Made by a program: the position numbers and the translations under genes. The notes under the pieces are model-generated. The model saw only the letters and a program-made list of their open reading frames with translations. It searched no databases and was not told where the DNA came from. Of a DNA stretch of 64,000 bases, positions 23,977 to 38,399 are shown in pieces (the first letter of the stretch is position 1; every line of letters begins with the position of its first letter). This DNA is from Octopus sinensis (Eukaryota): assembly GCF_006345805.1 (NCBI RefSeq), contig NC_043007.1:64976001-65040000 (forward strand), written 5' to 3'.

Positions 23977-24619
23977 CATGTATATAATTTCTTTACGAGC
24001 TAATTTTATTTCTATGTACTACATATACGTCAAGAATGTTAAAAAAATGTCAACATTATTTTGTTTATACGAAAATAAATTTGGAAAGATTGCAAATGAC
24101 GTATTATTTGGCAAAATTGGGAATATCTGGCAGTCATTTTAAGAGTCGATAATCCATTTTATGTGAATGGAAACGAATTGCAAATGCTCTGAAGACTAAT
24201 GTTCGAATTGTTTGAGAAATTTTCTCCTCATAGCACACTAACATACTTAATGTTTTGCTTGTTGTCTTTACTGTAGCCGACGCAAATCACCTCGAACTGT
24301 AAAGATTTTATGCAAGTTTTCTGAACGAAAAAATCGATATAATTTGTTTTTCTTGTAAATTGGCCAGATGTGAAGATGCGACTTCCAAAATATCTGGCCG
24401 TCATCTTGAAATAGAAATACATTTTAGATGGATCAGTTCATACAACGGTTGAAATTTGTTTAATCTCTAGTTGGGAATACTCATGAACAATTTCTAATTT
24501 CCAGTATTAACTCGTCGATTTTTCACGTTTTTAGATTGATTCAGCAGCTACTGTTAAACAGCATAGCTATGCCGTTTCGAGATGTGCTGTGTTACCCACA
24601 ATAACGACCGCAACAACAT

Positions 24620-24665
24620 GAATAGTAATGGTAGCAGTAGTAGCAGCAGCAGCAGCAGCAGCGGC

Positions 24666-24711
<46 letters not shown>

Positions 24712-24753
24712 CTACTACTACTACTACTACTACTACTAATAATAATAATAATA
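24620..24753. repeat. (AGC)n(AGT)n(ACT)n(AAT)n microsatellite
   Basis: Directly visible; the (AGT)n(ACT)n junction is self-complementary. Confidence 0.95.
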
Positions 24754-24824
24754 GAAAGGTAATCCTATTAGCGTGTGAAGTACTGTTGTACTGATTTCTA
24801 TGGCACTGACGTGGAAAGAAAAGT

Positions 24825-25432
24825 AAGGGTACTACACATGTAAGGTACCAACGCATAGAAAATGTACTAGTGACGTATAAGTTACACTATGTACAGTCTA
24901 TAGTACTGACATGTAGGGTACTAACACGTAGAAAATGTAGTGCTATCAACATATAGAGACTGCAGTATTGATAGGTAAGGTAGGTATCAACGTGTAGAAA
25001 CTGCAGTACTGGTATGTACGATAGGTACCGACCTATGAAAAGTGTAGTTCTGACATATAAGATTCCACTGTGTAGAGAATGTAATACTGGGATGTAAGGT
25101 GCACACGTGTAGAGAGGGTAGCACTGACATACATAGTAACAACATGTACGGACTGTAATACTCGCATTAAATTACTATCATGTAGAAACCAGTTCTGACA
25201 TAAGGTGTCAGTATGCAGAGAGTGTAGTACTAACATGTAAGGTACCAACATGTACAGACCGTTCCACTGGCGTGTAAGGTACTACCATTTAGAGAATATA
25301 GCACTGGCATGTAATGTATGGAAATATTGAGAATAGAATACTGACATGCAAAATACCAACATGTAGACAGTGATGTACTGGCATGCAAAGTGCGAATATG
25401 TAGAAACTGAAGTACTGACATTTATGGGTACA
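24825..25432 (+). repeat. degenerate ~37-bp minisatellite (~16 copies)
   Basis: Consensus by eye aaggtaccaacatgtagagaatgtagtactgacatgt, recurring with substitutions. Confidence 0.75.
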
Positions 25433-26249
25433 TTACATCGAGCTGTGTATGGTGTCACTACATAAAAGATTTTGTGCTGCCGTTAATGTGCCAGCATATA
25501 AAATGTTGAAAAATGAGTTTGGTTAACAATATATTGAGTTCAACCTGATTGACTACTTCTGTAAAATATCGCTGCTACAACAAATAATATTTGTCTGATT
25601 ATTCCTTTTATCTATTGGTTGCCAATGGCGATATCGATTTTACTATCCTTTGCACTAATATCTCATCTTCTATCATTTACTCTAGGGACTCTTTACTCCT
25701 GACCTTTATATTTTGCCTTTCAACGATCTATGGTCACTAACCTATGTTGATGACGACTACTATTGTTTATCATCATCCTCATCATCATCATCATCACCAC
25801 CACCACCATGATCATGATCATGATCATCATCATCGTCATCGGTACTGGCTGGACGCGTGTCGTATCGCTCGTAAGTTTTATTTTTAATTTTGTCTCCAAA
25901 AGTTGTTAATTGTTTAATGTTGTCACAAAACGTTTTTGAAACTACCACCATTGTATAGGTCTGATTGGTTGATTTGCTAGTGCCCCTTCGGGGACACAAA
26001 TTCAAAGAGAAAATTTTCAATATCTGTTATAAAAATAATTTTACAAACAAACATGCCGTTATCCGCTCTGCTCAGTGACATGGAGCAGAAAGTCAGAGAT
26101 AACTCTGATTGTAAGTTACAATACATGTCAATCCTTCGCCTTCAACCCTTAAATAGATGGGGAGGTGAATATCACCAATTTGAAATTCCAGTGGACCAGA
26201 ATATCACTATGTCGAATAACAGCGGCAGCAACAACACCCACGACAACAC

Positions 26250-29080
26250 AGCATGAGATTTAATTCCAACTAGTTGACCTTCTCCCAGTGAATGCAACAG
26301 TACCACAGGCATCGGCTGCTAAAAGTAGTGAACTGTATAATATGGATATCCTACATAAAAACTTATGTCTTGCGCACGCGGCGAAACTGATAAGGCTAGA
26401 AAATTCACTGGCTGACTTAGCCATCCCCGCCGAAGTGTTGGAAGAAACACTCAAGCAATTTATAATATATAAATGTGTATACATATACTCAAAACAGCCG
26501 GAGACAGATAGTTAAATAGATGTGGAAAGAGCGTTTCAAGAAATAATGCCCGATGTACAATATATTTCGAGAGCCAACCAATTTACCGGCATTTCAGTGC
26601 TCTTGAAGAGTGAAGCCTTAGTCACCAAACACTCTTTGGTTCCTGTCGGAGGGATAAATATGTTCTTCATCCATTATATTTAATGAGGACGATGAAGATC
26701 TTAAGAATTCCACCTGAGTTGAATATATGGTGAATTTTAAGGTGCATCGTATTGGAAGGGAGTAACAGCCTCCAAGAGGTGAAGCGAACCCGTCTTGAAA
26801 ACCAGTTAGGGATCAGTGTGGAGGTGCTGCTCCACGTCAAATCAGGCAACGCCTATAAGATCTCACTTCATTTGTCTTCTGGGCGAGGAGGATCTGCAGT
26901 TGAGTGTAGAAGGCCTTGGAGTCACCCATGTGAGGAGAATAGCAACTTGAGAACTTTTTACTCTCCACAAAAGACAGGGTACCGTAGGACCGCTGATTGC
27001 CAACACCAGATCTCCAAAGGCGAACAACAACGAAAACAGCAAAAACGGCACCAACACCCGCAACAACGACAACATCAACAACAGGAACATTAAAACCACC
27101 AAGTGCTGGAAGAACACCAACACCAGCAACAACACGAGTAACAATACCAGCATCAACAACAACACCAACACCAACAATACCAGTAGGAGACGCACCACCA
27201 CCACCACCTTCGACAGCAGAAGGAATAATGATGGACACACACAATATACAATGGTTCTCCTAACGAACTCTCCTCCTCCCTCTCTCTCTCTCTCTCTCTC
27301 TCTCCGTCTTCTCTAAACATAAATACGCACATAGACTCACCTAGATTCCACAAATACTGACACCTCTGCATCACTTAGAGAAAATGAGAGAGAACCCGGC
27401 CAAACCAAAAAAGACAGCGACTAAAAATAAAACACCAATACGCATAAAAACAGAAAACATACCCACAACAATCACATACACACCTACAGCAACACCAACT
27501 TCTCCAGCACCACAATCGTCAGCACATCCACCGCTATCACAATCAACTCCACCAATACTACCACAACGTAACAAAGAACCCATCAAAAAGAAACACACAC
27601 ACAACGGCATCAACCAATCATACAAAAACAAAAATTTATGCTAAGGAGGAGAGCCTTACTAGCCGCTGGAAACATATAAAAGCATTAGGGAGAGCTTTCC
27701 TCACGACGTGGGAAACCCTTATAAAAAGCCATGAGTAGGCTTTAAAGGGGGTTCTCAAAGGGATCCCAATAATATATGGAGGTTGAATCACCTGACCTCC
27801 AGCGGCGCCAGGTAAGCAAGTAGTCTCACTCGTTTTATCTTCTCTGAACTCTCTCTCCGGTCATCATGGCGAGTCTAAGAGTGTGGCCTGGGGTCACCTT
27901 GGGAGCATGCTCGCCTGTTCAATAACCTCAAGGCACTATCTATGGATATGATGACTGTCTGTGAGACTAGGATTTCCGATACATATGATCTAGTCTCTAT
28001 TTTAGACGACTTAGATCTACGTATCTCTGTATCGACCTGGAATGGGAGTGGGGTGGCACAACTGATTAGGAAATGTCTGGATCTCGAGATACGGGCAATT
28101 TTTCTGAGCTCGGAAGGTAAGGTCCTAGATGTGAGCAATAGATGACAGATACCGACTGGTTTCCGAATGCGCCAAATGTGTATAGAGGTAACAGTGTAAC
28201 AATATCAATTTTTCCAGATAGTATTTAGATAGAGTGATTAGGAAGCTTTTGACAGAAGTTGCATAAGTCATCCACAATTCAATGTCGTCGGTTACCTAGA
28301 TCGGAAATTTGGAATATGTACAATCGACCTAGATAAGATCCATAGACAGGGACCCGGATACTGGAAACTGAACGCGTCTTTCTCGGAGCGTCAAATTTTT
28401 AGAGACCGGGTTAGCAGGTTAGTTCATCGGAAGTTCTCGAATGAGACCATTAACAACCTTTGGTGGAAAGCCTAAAAAGGAGCTATTAGAGTAGAGACGT
28501 TTGGACTGAGTAAAGAAATGACGTTAGAGGAATTTAGAATAGAAGGAGACCTAATCAGGAAGCTATAAGATACAGTTAGAAGAGGCAAAATGACCGGTGC
28601 TCTGGAGGCGAGATTGGCTCTTGGTCAATTCTTCAATGCCAGGCTCAAAGATTGCGTAGTTCGAGCTAGGGCGCGTGCATTAAGAGGGAATGAAAGCCGT
28701 TCGCCTGGTGGTGAAGGCACAACGTGATAACAAAGCCTCAATTCGGTTTTTGATGGGTTGGGACGGACACATACCACTTAAATGCAAGCAAATGTGTGCG
28801 GAATTACAGCGACACTTTGCCGAACCGAATGAAGCGCGTGGTAACTCGGAGACAGGGGTAGATTTCACCTGCTACCTCGATAGCATGGCATGGATCTCGG
28901 TCACGGATGCGGAGTTCTGTGAAATGCCGATAATAGCCAAGAACATACGGAACGCGATAACTAGCTGCACAATGGAGCAGTCTCCGAAGCCGGATGGTCT
29001 ACCTTTCGAAGTTTATTCCACATTTGTTCGAAGTTTATTCCACATTTGTTCGGTGATCTCTTTGGCTGATATCTACAGCT
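26250..29080 (+). mobile_element. Tx1/L1-clade LINE, 5' portion (decayed ORF1, AP endonuclease, RT start)
   Basis: ORF1-like 26290-26960 with VECRRP knuckle remnant; low-complexity linker; APE motifs VCGL...DMMTVCETRI and GSGVAQLIRK; RQGPGYWKLNASF (~28345-28382); SPKPDGLPFEVY (~28980-29016). Confidence 0.85.
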
Positions 29081-29089
29081 GGCAGCAGT

Positions 29090-29158
29090 ACTATTATTGC
29101 CATAAGTGCCCCCACTGGCGACACAGATACCGCCACCACCACCATCACCACCACCACC

Positions 29159-29238
<80 letters not shown>

Positions 29239-29334
29239 CATTGTCACTACTGCTACCACTACTGCTACCACTACTGCTACCACTACCGCTACTACTACCA
29301 CCACAATTACTGTTATCAGCAATAATGTCATCAC

Positions 29335-29377
<43 letters not shown>

Positions 29378-29420
29378 GTTGTCGTCGTTGCCTTCATCAT
29401 TCCCATCATCAACCTCGTCG
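29090..29420. repeat. (CAC)n(TAC)n(CAT)n trinucleotide cluster
   Basis: Directly visible. Confidence 0.95.
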
Positions 29421-30185
29421 TCGTCCTTAGCGCTTTCACCGCCAACGCTCCCTATCGCCATTATCTTCCCAACATTCAGTTAACAAGTAAAATTGACCAA
29501 CCAAAGTCTAGTCATATATTATTCATGTAACAGCCTTGGCCGTCTAATGTTACACTTGCTCGGCTGTTACTTCTTTCTAGCGTTACACACTTCTGGTATC
29601 GTCACTTCACTGCCGCCAATACATCAACCAACACCATGCTTTTTGCATCGACATTATTTGTATACTTCACTTTGTTCTTATTTTCTTTGTCATTATTTTT
29701 GTTCCTCCATCCTTTCCACCGTCCTCTCTCTCACTCTCTACTGTTCACTCTCTCTCATACACATTTACCCTCTTTCTCACAGTGTCTCTTTTGTCCGTCT
29801 CACTCCTCATCACTCATTCTCTCTTTCCTTCTCCCACTCTCCCTCTTTCTCTCTCAATACAATCACACACATACACACTAACACGACCACACATACACAT
29901 GCACAGTCAGATATACAAAAGCACGTACATTTATATATACATACATTCAAAAACAGATACACACATATACTCTCATATGCAGACTCACAACACACACATG
30001 TGCATACATGTAAATGCCCACATACGCTAACAAACTCGTATACATACAGACACATCCACAATCTCAGACGCACTCAGACACAAAGACACGCGCACACACA
30101 CAGACACACACACATGCACACACACTCTCAAACGTACACATGCACACACACATACACTACACACATACACATACATACACACACT

Positions 30186-30233
<48 letters not shown>

Positions 30234-31384
30234 CGAGTCCCTGACTCCTTACTTCTCACCTCCACTTTCTCTTGTATCCATTTACTTTTAGGCACCTTCA
30301 GGGTCGGTGCCACTGTTAGGCCACTTAAGTAACCACTTTGTGGAGACTTTAGAAGGGAGTACTACTAACCCTGAGGTTCAAACGTTTTCACAAATTAGTT
30401 GTTTTATGAAAAATCAACTTAATAAACGGAAAACAATATAAGTCCTTAGTTGGTCATAGTTCAAAGTTCAATGATACTTCATAACTAGTTCGTTGTTTTC
30501 AGCACTATCAATACTGTTAAACCTAATTCAATTTGTATCTAAGTGAGCTCCTATATTTTATTTCAGTTTTCTTATAATCTGTTTTGTTTAAAAAACAAAA
30601 CAAAATACACTTCTAGGGCAGACTACGCGAGTAAAAGGTGGGGAAAATTCAAAGGAAAAAACAGAAGGGATTCTTCCTGATACATCGACGTACACAAAAT
30701 CGAATAACTCTAGTATATTTACTAGTGTTGAAACTAGAACTGTGAGAGGTGAATGTGACGTTTCTTTTATAAAAGATATAAACTCGAGATTGAAGTTTGA
30801 CAAAGTAGAGATATTTCAAGAAAATACACAAAGAAAGACGATATCAAGAAAAGTAAGGGAACTGCAAAATTCTGGTAAAGATGGTATTGTGCCTGACTTG
30901 AAATACAGTGATTCTGCCAAAGAGACCTACTATTACAGAGATAATTTGCGACAATTTATAATACTACGGGAATTACAGTAGATTATATCAGACTTTCTTT
31001 CTTAAGTTCAATGAAACTGCTTTTCTACATAGTACGGGAAGTGACTCGGAAATATTGAAGGAGTGTGTTGCCAACAGTTGATATACTTAACATCAAAAGG
31101 TATGCTCATTTTCGTTTAGCCGTATGTTGTTCATCGAAATTTTTTTTTTTTAAATTGGTGCACCCAATTGGAGTAATATACTCATGAACATCAATTCTTT
31201 CGGCAGATGAAGGGAAACCTGTCTATTTAGAAAATAATCAGATCTGACGTGAACTCGAATTGCTCTTGTATAAAGGTAAAGAACTTGATGCTATTAACCA
31301 ATTGAAAGCTAGCCAGGAAGAACAACTGGCGACAAATCTTGCAATGTTTCATGGTTTTGGTTTAAGTTCTTAAATCAGTCAAAA

Positions 31385-32585
31385 GTTATCGAGATGGTAA
31401 ACCATCATTACTTGGAAGCCGTCTTGAAATCGGTTGGGTTCAGAACCGTCTCTAGAGTTAAGATTGCTGGAATGCACAACCGTATCTACTCGATGGTTAT
31501 AGTAATCGGCCACATACCGGAACAGTTTCACATCGCGTGCTCGGTTCATCATAGCAACCCGCTCTCGTATCTTTTGTGCGTGTTGGCTCTTAAGCCACAG
31601 CTGCGGAATTTGGAACAGTCGAAGTGCAACCATTCAAAGGTGGGTCCGGTAAAGCTGTTTCGGAGTGCATGGACGGCATCACCACCATGCTATTAGAAGC
31701 TACCGAAGTGCTATAGTGGCAGGAAAGGATAGCAACGTTCTAGAGCAGACCTTGAGTGTGGACGGAAACAAACTGGCTAGTCTGTTCCGGAGAATTTTCT
31801 GGTCGGGTGCTTCCATGGATAATTTTCAGTCCTTGACCGTGTACTACTACTGTTTTGGGGCTACTACTTTGAGTAGCCCCACCACTGTAGTGCTATCAAA
31901 AGTACTGAACAAATGTACTATCAGATGGGCTTGTCCGAGATGCGTGCTGAGCGACGAAACTGTTCTACAAGCACTCGTACTGTGTCCGGGTATTGCTCAT
32001 TTGGGAGTTATATCAAGAAGCGGCTGTCGCATGTGGGATGGATCTGGCTGCTAGCTAAGTCAATAGTGATCATTGCCTCGCCGTCAGCTTTTAACAGAGT
32101 AGGAAAGCTAGTTTTCTTTTGTTCGCTATAGTGAAAGAGGCTGTGTAGTAGACGAAACTGAAATGTATAAGGGCAGATTTTCCTTTTTTCTAAAGCCTCC
32201 ATCAACTTTTTCAAGTTTCACATGAAAAGGGAGGCGCTGTGCTGGAGTAAATCTATTGAAAGGTTGGTGAAAGTGGCGAGAATAGCTTGAGTGGACTTGG
32301 AGAGCAAAAACTGGAGCGAGCACTTCGCCCTGGTGTCCAGGATCTTGGATTTTGGTGTTTCTCAGTAGGCCATAGAAGTCCTACTGAACCAGGAGGATTA
32401 CACCATTATCATCTTTCTTTTTCTGATGCTGTACATCATGTCTACTTGCATTCGTTTACTTTCTGTTATTTCTCTACCTCATGTATACGTTTTTTTTAAT
32501 CATCCCATTCTCTGTAACAACTCACACTTTATGTTTGTCTTTCCATCGTATCCTTTATCCGTCGCTCTGGTGATAAAAAAAAAAT
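31385..32585 (+). mobile_element. Tx1/L1-clade LINE, 3' portion, internally deleted
   Basis: MVNHHYLEAVLKSVGF and GHIPEQFHIACSVHHSNPLSYLLCVLALKPQLR (cf. RQGCPLSPLLYVLALEPLLR); T-rich 3' UTR ending in an A-tract at ~32575-32584. Confidence 0.8.
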
Positions 32586-32614
32586 GTCCTTATCATTATT
32601 ATTATAGTAACGAG

Positions 32615-32895
32615 TAAGGCGGCGACCTGGCAGAAAGGTCCCCACGCCGAACAAAATGCTTAGCGGATTTCAGGCCTTGTGTCTATAGTGGAAAGAATTA
32701 TTGAGATAATGCACTAGCAGAATCATTAGACTGCCGGGAAAATGCTTGACGGTATTCGTTTCGGTTCTGCATTGGAGTTCAAATCCTGTCAAGGCTAACT
32801 TTGCTTTCCTCTCTCTGGCATTGATAAAATAAAATACCAGTCAAGTAAAATCGATGTATATGGACTAACCCCACCTTTCACTAAAATTGCTGTCT
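32615..32895 (+). mobile_element. two SINE family A remnants
   Basis: aaggcggcgacctggcagaa head (internally deleted), then a second copy with gagttcaaatcc and ttgataaaataaaataccag. Confidence 0.7.
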
Positions 32896-32941
32896 CCTCC
32901 TCTCTCTCTCTCTCTCTCTCTCTATCTCATATATATATATG

Positions 32942-33059
<118 letters not shown>

Positions 33060-33099
33060 TACATATATACATACATACATATATATACATATATATATA

Positions 33100-33146
<47 letters not shown>

Positions 33147-33362
33147 ATACTGTATATATACTGTATCATATATTCCTATAGTGTAAATGCATAAGTATGC
33201 ATGTGGAATAAATGGGGGAAGAACGTTGGCAAGACATGCAACATGAAGGAAGCTTGATCGTCAACAGTTGGAAACGTTAGAAAATGAAATGCAATTATGT
33301 TAAAGGAACGTGCATTTAAAAAGCAATAAAAACTACTGCCTAAGTGCTGCCAGTAAATTTTA

Positions 33363-33442
<80 letters not shown>

Positions 33443-34329
33443 TTCAATGCATTTTTAATACACTTAGCGTTTGTTACTAGATACAATATTCTAAGTACAG
33501 TTATCCTACATACGTTCATATGTAGTGGAATATTAGGTCATCTCATTCACATTATTATCACCCTTTGAAGCAAACCGAACAAATGAGTGTATTGTCTGTT
33601 TATATAAGATGCAATTATATAATTAAATATTGTTGCATACAAAATTAAAGTGAAGTAAGCTGATTTGTAGATATTTAATCTTAGTATTACTTATGCTGGA
33701 AAAGAAAATACTAAAAGTATATTTACTGTTGTTAAAGCAATAATAATTTTTTTGTAGAAGTCCGGCAAAGCATGCAACAGTTGAAAACGTAAAATATAAA
33801 GCAGATAGCAATAAGATGAAATGTTGCAAAGTAGTTATTAACAGAACGTGCATTTTATACTAAAAAACAACGATGAGTACATGGATGATGACATCTAACA
33901 AAAAAAAAAAAAAAATGTGAAAATAAGAGCGATTTCCATAACCGAGGAGGTTTCAACACAAAACGTTGGCAGCAACTGAAACAGGCTTAAAACAAAATAT
34001 CATTAGTATTGAAGAAAAAGTAAGAAGAAAACATACACTATAAATGAAAATAAATATGTAAGAAAAAAAGTAATGAACATTTTTGAATGTCTTACATCAC
34101 ACACAAATAGCAAATGAAGTTGTAGAGCTTTTCGAACATGCAAATTCAAATGAGAGGTTACTTGTCTTCGTACATGCACATAAACTGTAGTCCGGCCATG
34201 GACACTTCACTCCAGCCGGGGACAGTATAAAAGAGGTTATCGTATGTCATTACGCACGCATTTCCGGAAAACCATAATTAAAATGCATTGATATATATAT
34301 GTATGAGTCTGTGTTTATCTTTCTATTTG

Positions 34330-34520
34330 AGTTTATCTCCTCTATTACTGGACAACTGGTATTGTCTTGTTTCTTTCCCCGTAACTTAGCGGTTCAGTAA
34401 ATAAACCCGAAATAATAAATACCAGACTTAGAAAAACAAGTACGCTGGCGATTTGTACGACTAGCCCCTTCAATGCAGTGCCCCATCATGGCCTCAGTCC
34501 TGCGACTGAAACAAACGAAT
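34330..34520 (+). mobile_element. SINE family B 3' part
   Basis: ccccgtaacttagcggttcag...gtgccccatcatggcctcagtcc...gactgaaac. Confidence 0.7.
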
Positions 34521-34531
34521 ATATATATTTA

Positions 34532-34867
34532 CAAAATTTAGAGGACTGCCCACTAAAAGTGGACAGCCTATATGCTAAACATAGACGTCAAATCGCCATT
34601 TACCACGAAGAATGTGTTCTCAAGAAAAATCTTAGCAAAAAAGCCAAAGTGTAAAAATAAGCAAGACATGAAACTATACGAAATAAAAAGCGATTTTTTA
34701 TTTCGTAATTATTTCGTATATTTTCATGAGTCTTGCTTATTTTTACATTTTGTTTTTTTTTTGCTGATATTTTTCTTGAGAACACATTCTTCGTGGTAAA
34801 TGGCGATTTGACGTCTATGTTTAGCATATAGGCTGTCCACTTTTAGTGGTCAGTCCTCTAAATTTTG
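34532..34867. mobile_element. near-perfect 336-bp palindrome, probable MITE
   Basis: caaaatttagaggactgcccactaaaagtggacagcc... mirrored by ...ggctgtccacttttagtggtcagtcctctaaattttg; ~150 bp arms with almost no spacer. Confidence 0.85.
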
Positions 34868-34962
34868 ATTGTAAAAAAGTTTTAATCTTCGAATTTTTTA
34901 AAATATGCTAAGCTACTGGATTTAATTGATTATTAATTTTAATTATATATATTATTATATAT

Positions 34963-35002
<40 letters not shown>

Positions 35003-35906
35003 TGAAAGTTTGTTTACAAAAACAACACTACGAACTAATTATAGTTCTTAAATCTGACGGTAAGAGGTAAGGTTGTATGTTGGGGTAAACAGCTAGCACA
35101 CATGTCGCGAAAACAAAGAGAAGTGGGTTCGATTCTCGCGTGTACGGGAAAACCTACTTTCTTTCCGTTGAGAGTTTATATACCCCATTATTAGACTATT
35201 TTCTTTAGTCATTACACGGGGATTTACAGAATTGTAAAAATCGTCGCTGCTTCTCGAAAACCATCGCAAGAACGAGTACGGTTGGACATTTATTTTTTTA
35301 ATCATTATAATTGTTTCTATACAACGTACTTCTCCAGATGTGCAGGTACTTGATTATGTAACCGTTTCCGTGCATAATGAGATCTAGTTGTGTTTCCTCA
35401 GACGATATGTAAATATTGTCTCTGTAAGTTCAGATTCTCGGCTTCAAGAACATCCTCTCTGTCTGTCGTGGCCTGAATTTAGTGATCGTTACTGGGTTTA
35501 TCAGGGTATGTTGTTACTGAAGGACCGTTGGCAAATTGCTTTGAATGTGTAGATGTAGTAGGATGGTGATTCTGCTACTGTTATAGTGGTTGCCATTTTT
35601 AAAGGAATTGGCTTTTGATTTCTTTGTACTGTTGATTTGTTCTTTATGGTTGGTTACACATGGGATTTCCTTAGCTGACCTTTAAGATTCGGCCTATGCG
35701 TATGTTCGTTCACATATACATCCATATAGGTACTAACGCTCAGACACATACACCCACCCACGCACACACACACATATCACATATATTTTTTCAATTATCT
35801 ATTCACACACGACAGATACAGAAACGCAAATTGGATAGCACAGGATAAACCTGAAGGTGGACGAGCTTTATACTGTACTCTATTACGTTCTAAACAGAAT
35901 ATACCA

Positions 35907-35949
<43 letters not shown>

Positions 35950-35954
35950 AACAA

Positions 35955-36100
35955 AGGGTTTCGGACAGTTTCCGCCTACCGAATTCACTTACAAAGCTTT
36001 GGTCAGCCTGAAGTATAGTGCAAAACCAAGTCATCACACAGTAGGACTGAACTCATAACCGCACGGCCGCAAGGTGAGATTCTTAATTACGTAGCCTTGC
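35955..36100 (-). mobile_element. SINE family B 5' part
   Basis: cagtttccgcctaccgaattcacttacaaagctttggtcagcctg...cagtaggactgaactcataacc. Confidence 0.7.
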
Positions 36101-37119
36101 TCATCATCATCATCATCATCATCATCATCGTAGTCGTCGTCGTTGTTGTTGTTGTTAAAACATACCAATTTTCAGTTTTCGATCAAAAAGCAGTGATATA
36201 TATCCATTGTAAATAATCAATATTAATGGAGGAAAAAATCAATATTAATAGAAAATAATCAATATTAATAGGAATGCCTAAATACCAGCGGTATTGGAAA
36301 CTGCAGTAGCAGTAACAGCGATAATAGCAGCAGCAGCAACAACAAGTGGAGCAAGAACAAAAGCAACAACAACAACGACACAATGACGACAACGGCAACA
36401 AAATACTAAAATCAATCGGCGTACTTTTTAAAAATAGAACTAATTTAATTACACATATAATAGAATAATAGATTTGACCAATCGAAGATCCAAATTACTA
36501 GGGTACAGGTTATGCCAGCTTACCTCTTTGCTACAGTCTTATAAAGCACAATCTTTGGTCAGCAAATCTTTGCAATAAGAACATGTTAATAAAAATATAC
36601 ACAGTATTATACATAGGGACATATAATACTGATACACATAACAAAAGTATGTATTCTAAATGTAGGCATTATCGTGGGCATATATACAAAACGAGAGTGT
36701 CTGCACATTAGTGAAACTGAAACGGAGCTATGGATTTAAAACAATATAATTTAAGGCTTTAGAAAATCCATATTAATGTTTGAGTCTCCATATCTTAGTG
36801 CCCTGACGTACTAGATGAGATGCTTAAACTGTCTCTTTGCTTAATATACGAATACTTGATCTTCAGTGCCTTTAGTTGAGTCACCCTAGCCTGTTACAGG
36901 CTAGATGCCGAATCTACGGATAGTTTCCTTCTTTCATCATCCCGAGCTCAAAAGCCCTGAAAAACATGAAGGATCATGAATAGTGTATTTCCCTCCCTGA
37001 ACTAAACTAGAACCGACGACTTGGTAGGGTGTTCCATACTTTCGCCTGTGCGATTGCGAGCAGTTATGAATACACTGTCAGCCCTCCCTCCCTTCTATCC
37101 AGCCAAATATCCAGAAGAT

Positions 37120-37300
37120 AGCTACTGGAAGGAGAGAAGAATACATCAATACTCGGCTGGTACTAATCTTCATCTAAGCAGACTTAAACAACGTAAAATC
37201 ATGTGCTTTTCGCAGGGATACAACACACCGCATATCCAAATATCAACCCTCCCACCTTATAATTGTGAGCATAACACCCCAGCCACTAGGCCATGCATCT
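37120..37300 (-). mobile_element. SINE family C, decayed
   Basis: Similar to 4400-4615 (aacaacgtaaaatcatgtgcttttcgcagggatacaacacacc...ccactaggccatgc). Confidence 0.5.
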
Positions 37301-38399
37301 CTGTGGTTAAGCGGTAAAAAAAGGAAGCTGTTGTGCAATCTTATAAGGTACAGACTGCCGTACGACTTTTATTGCACCATCGCAAATTAAAGTAGACTAG
37401 TAGGACAGCGTGCAAAAATAGGGCAACCTAGACGGTTACAGTTTTATTGAGTGCCAACACGTAAAGTAGCAAGTATAGTAATGACATCAGGAATATCAAT
37501 ATGTATTGGTGAAGCGTGGCGTGAACGAGATGTGCAGGATGTGAGAACTATATAGAGTGGCCATTTCATATATGTGTTTTTACAGTAGCCGAAGGTAGGT
37601 TAAGTTTAAAGAAGGGGACGACCAAGTTGCCTACCACACAGTGGGCTAGAACCCACGCTACCCCACTGCCGATATGTAAATTACAAGATATATTAAATCA
37701 ATAGAATACTCTATAGCACCATAACGTGTGTTAAAAGTTATAGTTTGAATTGCTGGTACCGACCTATAGTGACAACATACTAATAGAGGTTACAGTATAG
37801 TATTGTAGAGTACTATCATGCAAGGCACATACTGTACCCACATAGGAAATAGAAACTGCAGATACTACGGTACAAACTTCATGTAATGTGCAGGCAGTTG
37901 TATTGCACGATGCATGGTAAAGGCAGATGAAATAATGCCGTAGTGCATTATCACCGTCTGGTCGATCATGCTTTTATTAGAATTAATCTGATCTTCCATC
38001 CATCTCTATCTTCCTTCGAAAGTCATAATAGTATCCTTTTAGTGATACTATTATCCGATAATTGATCTGTGCTAGTTTAGAATACTATCATGTAAGGTAC
38101 AGATTGTTGTACTACCCTGTACAATACCAGTATTTTATTATAACGGTTATGACACTAGCATGTATGGTAACAAGATATTAACAGAGGCTGTATTGCAGTA
38201 TTATACAGAACCGTCATCTCTGTCGGTCGACGATACTAATTTAGTTGTTAGATAAATTGACTTACCTGCTCCTGATTTAGCGTGTAAGTGGTCGAGCATT
38301 TCACAGACACGTGTACCCTTAACATAATTTTCGTGCAGAATCAGCGTGATAGTGTGACAAGGCTTTTGAGTTACAAGTACAACACACTCAACTGGCATT

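Noticed and set aside
28961-30332. Long polyY/polyL/polyV/His-Thr ORFs
   Set aside because: Trinucleotide and CT/CA low-complexity tracts.
34572-34827. Two opposite-strand ORFs with identical N-termini
   Set aside because: A consequence of the palindrome.
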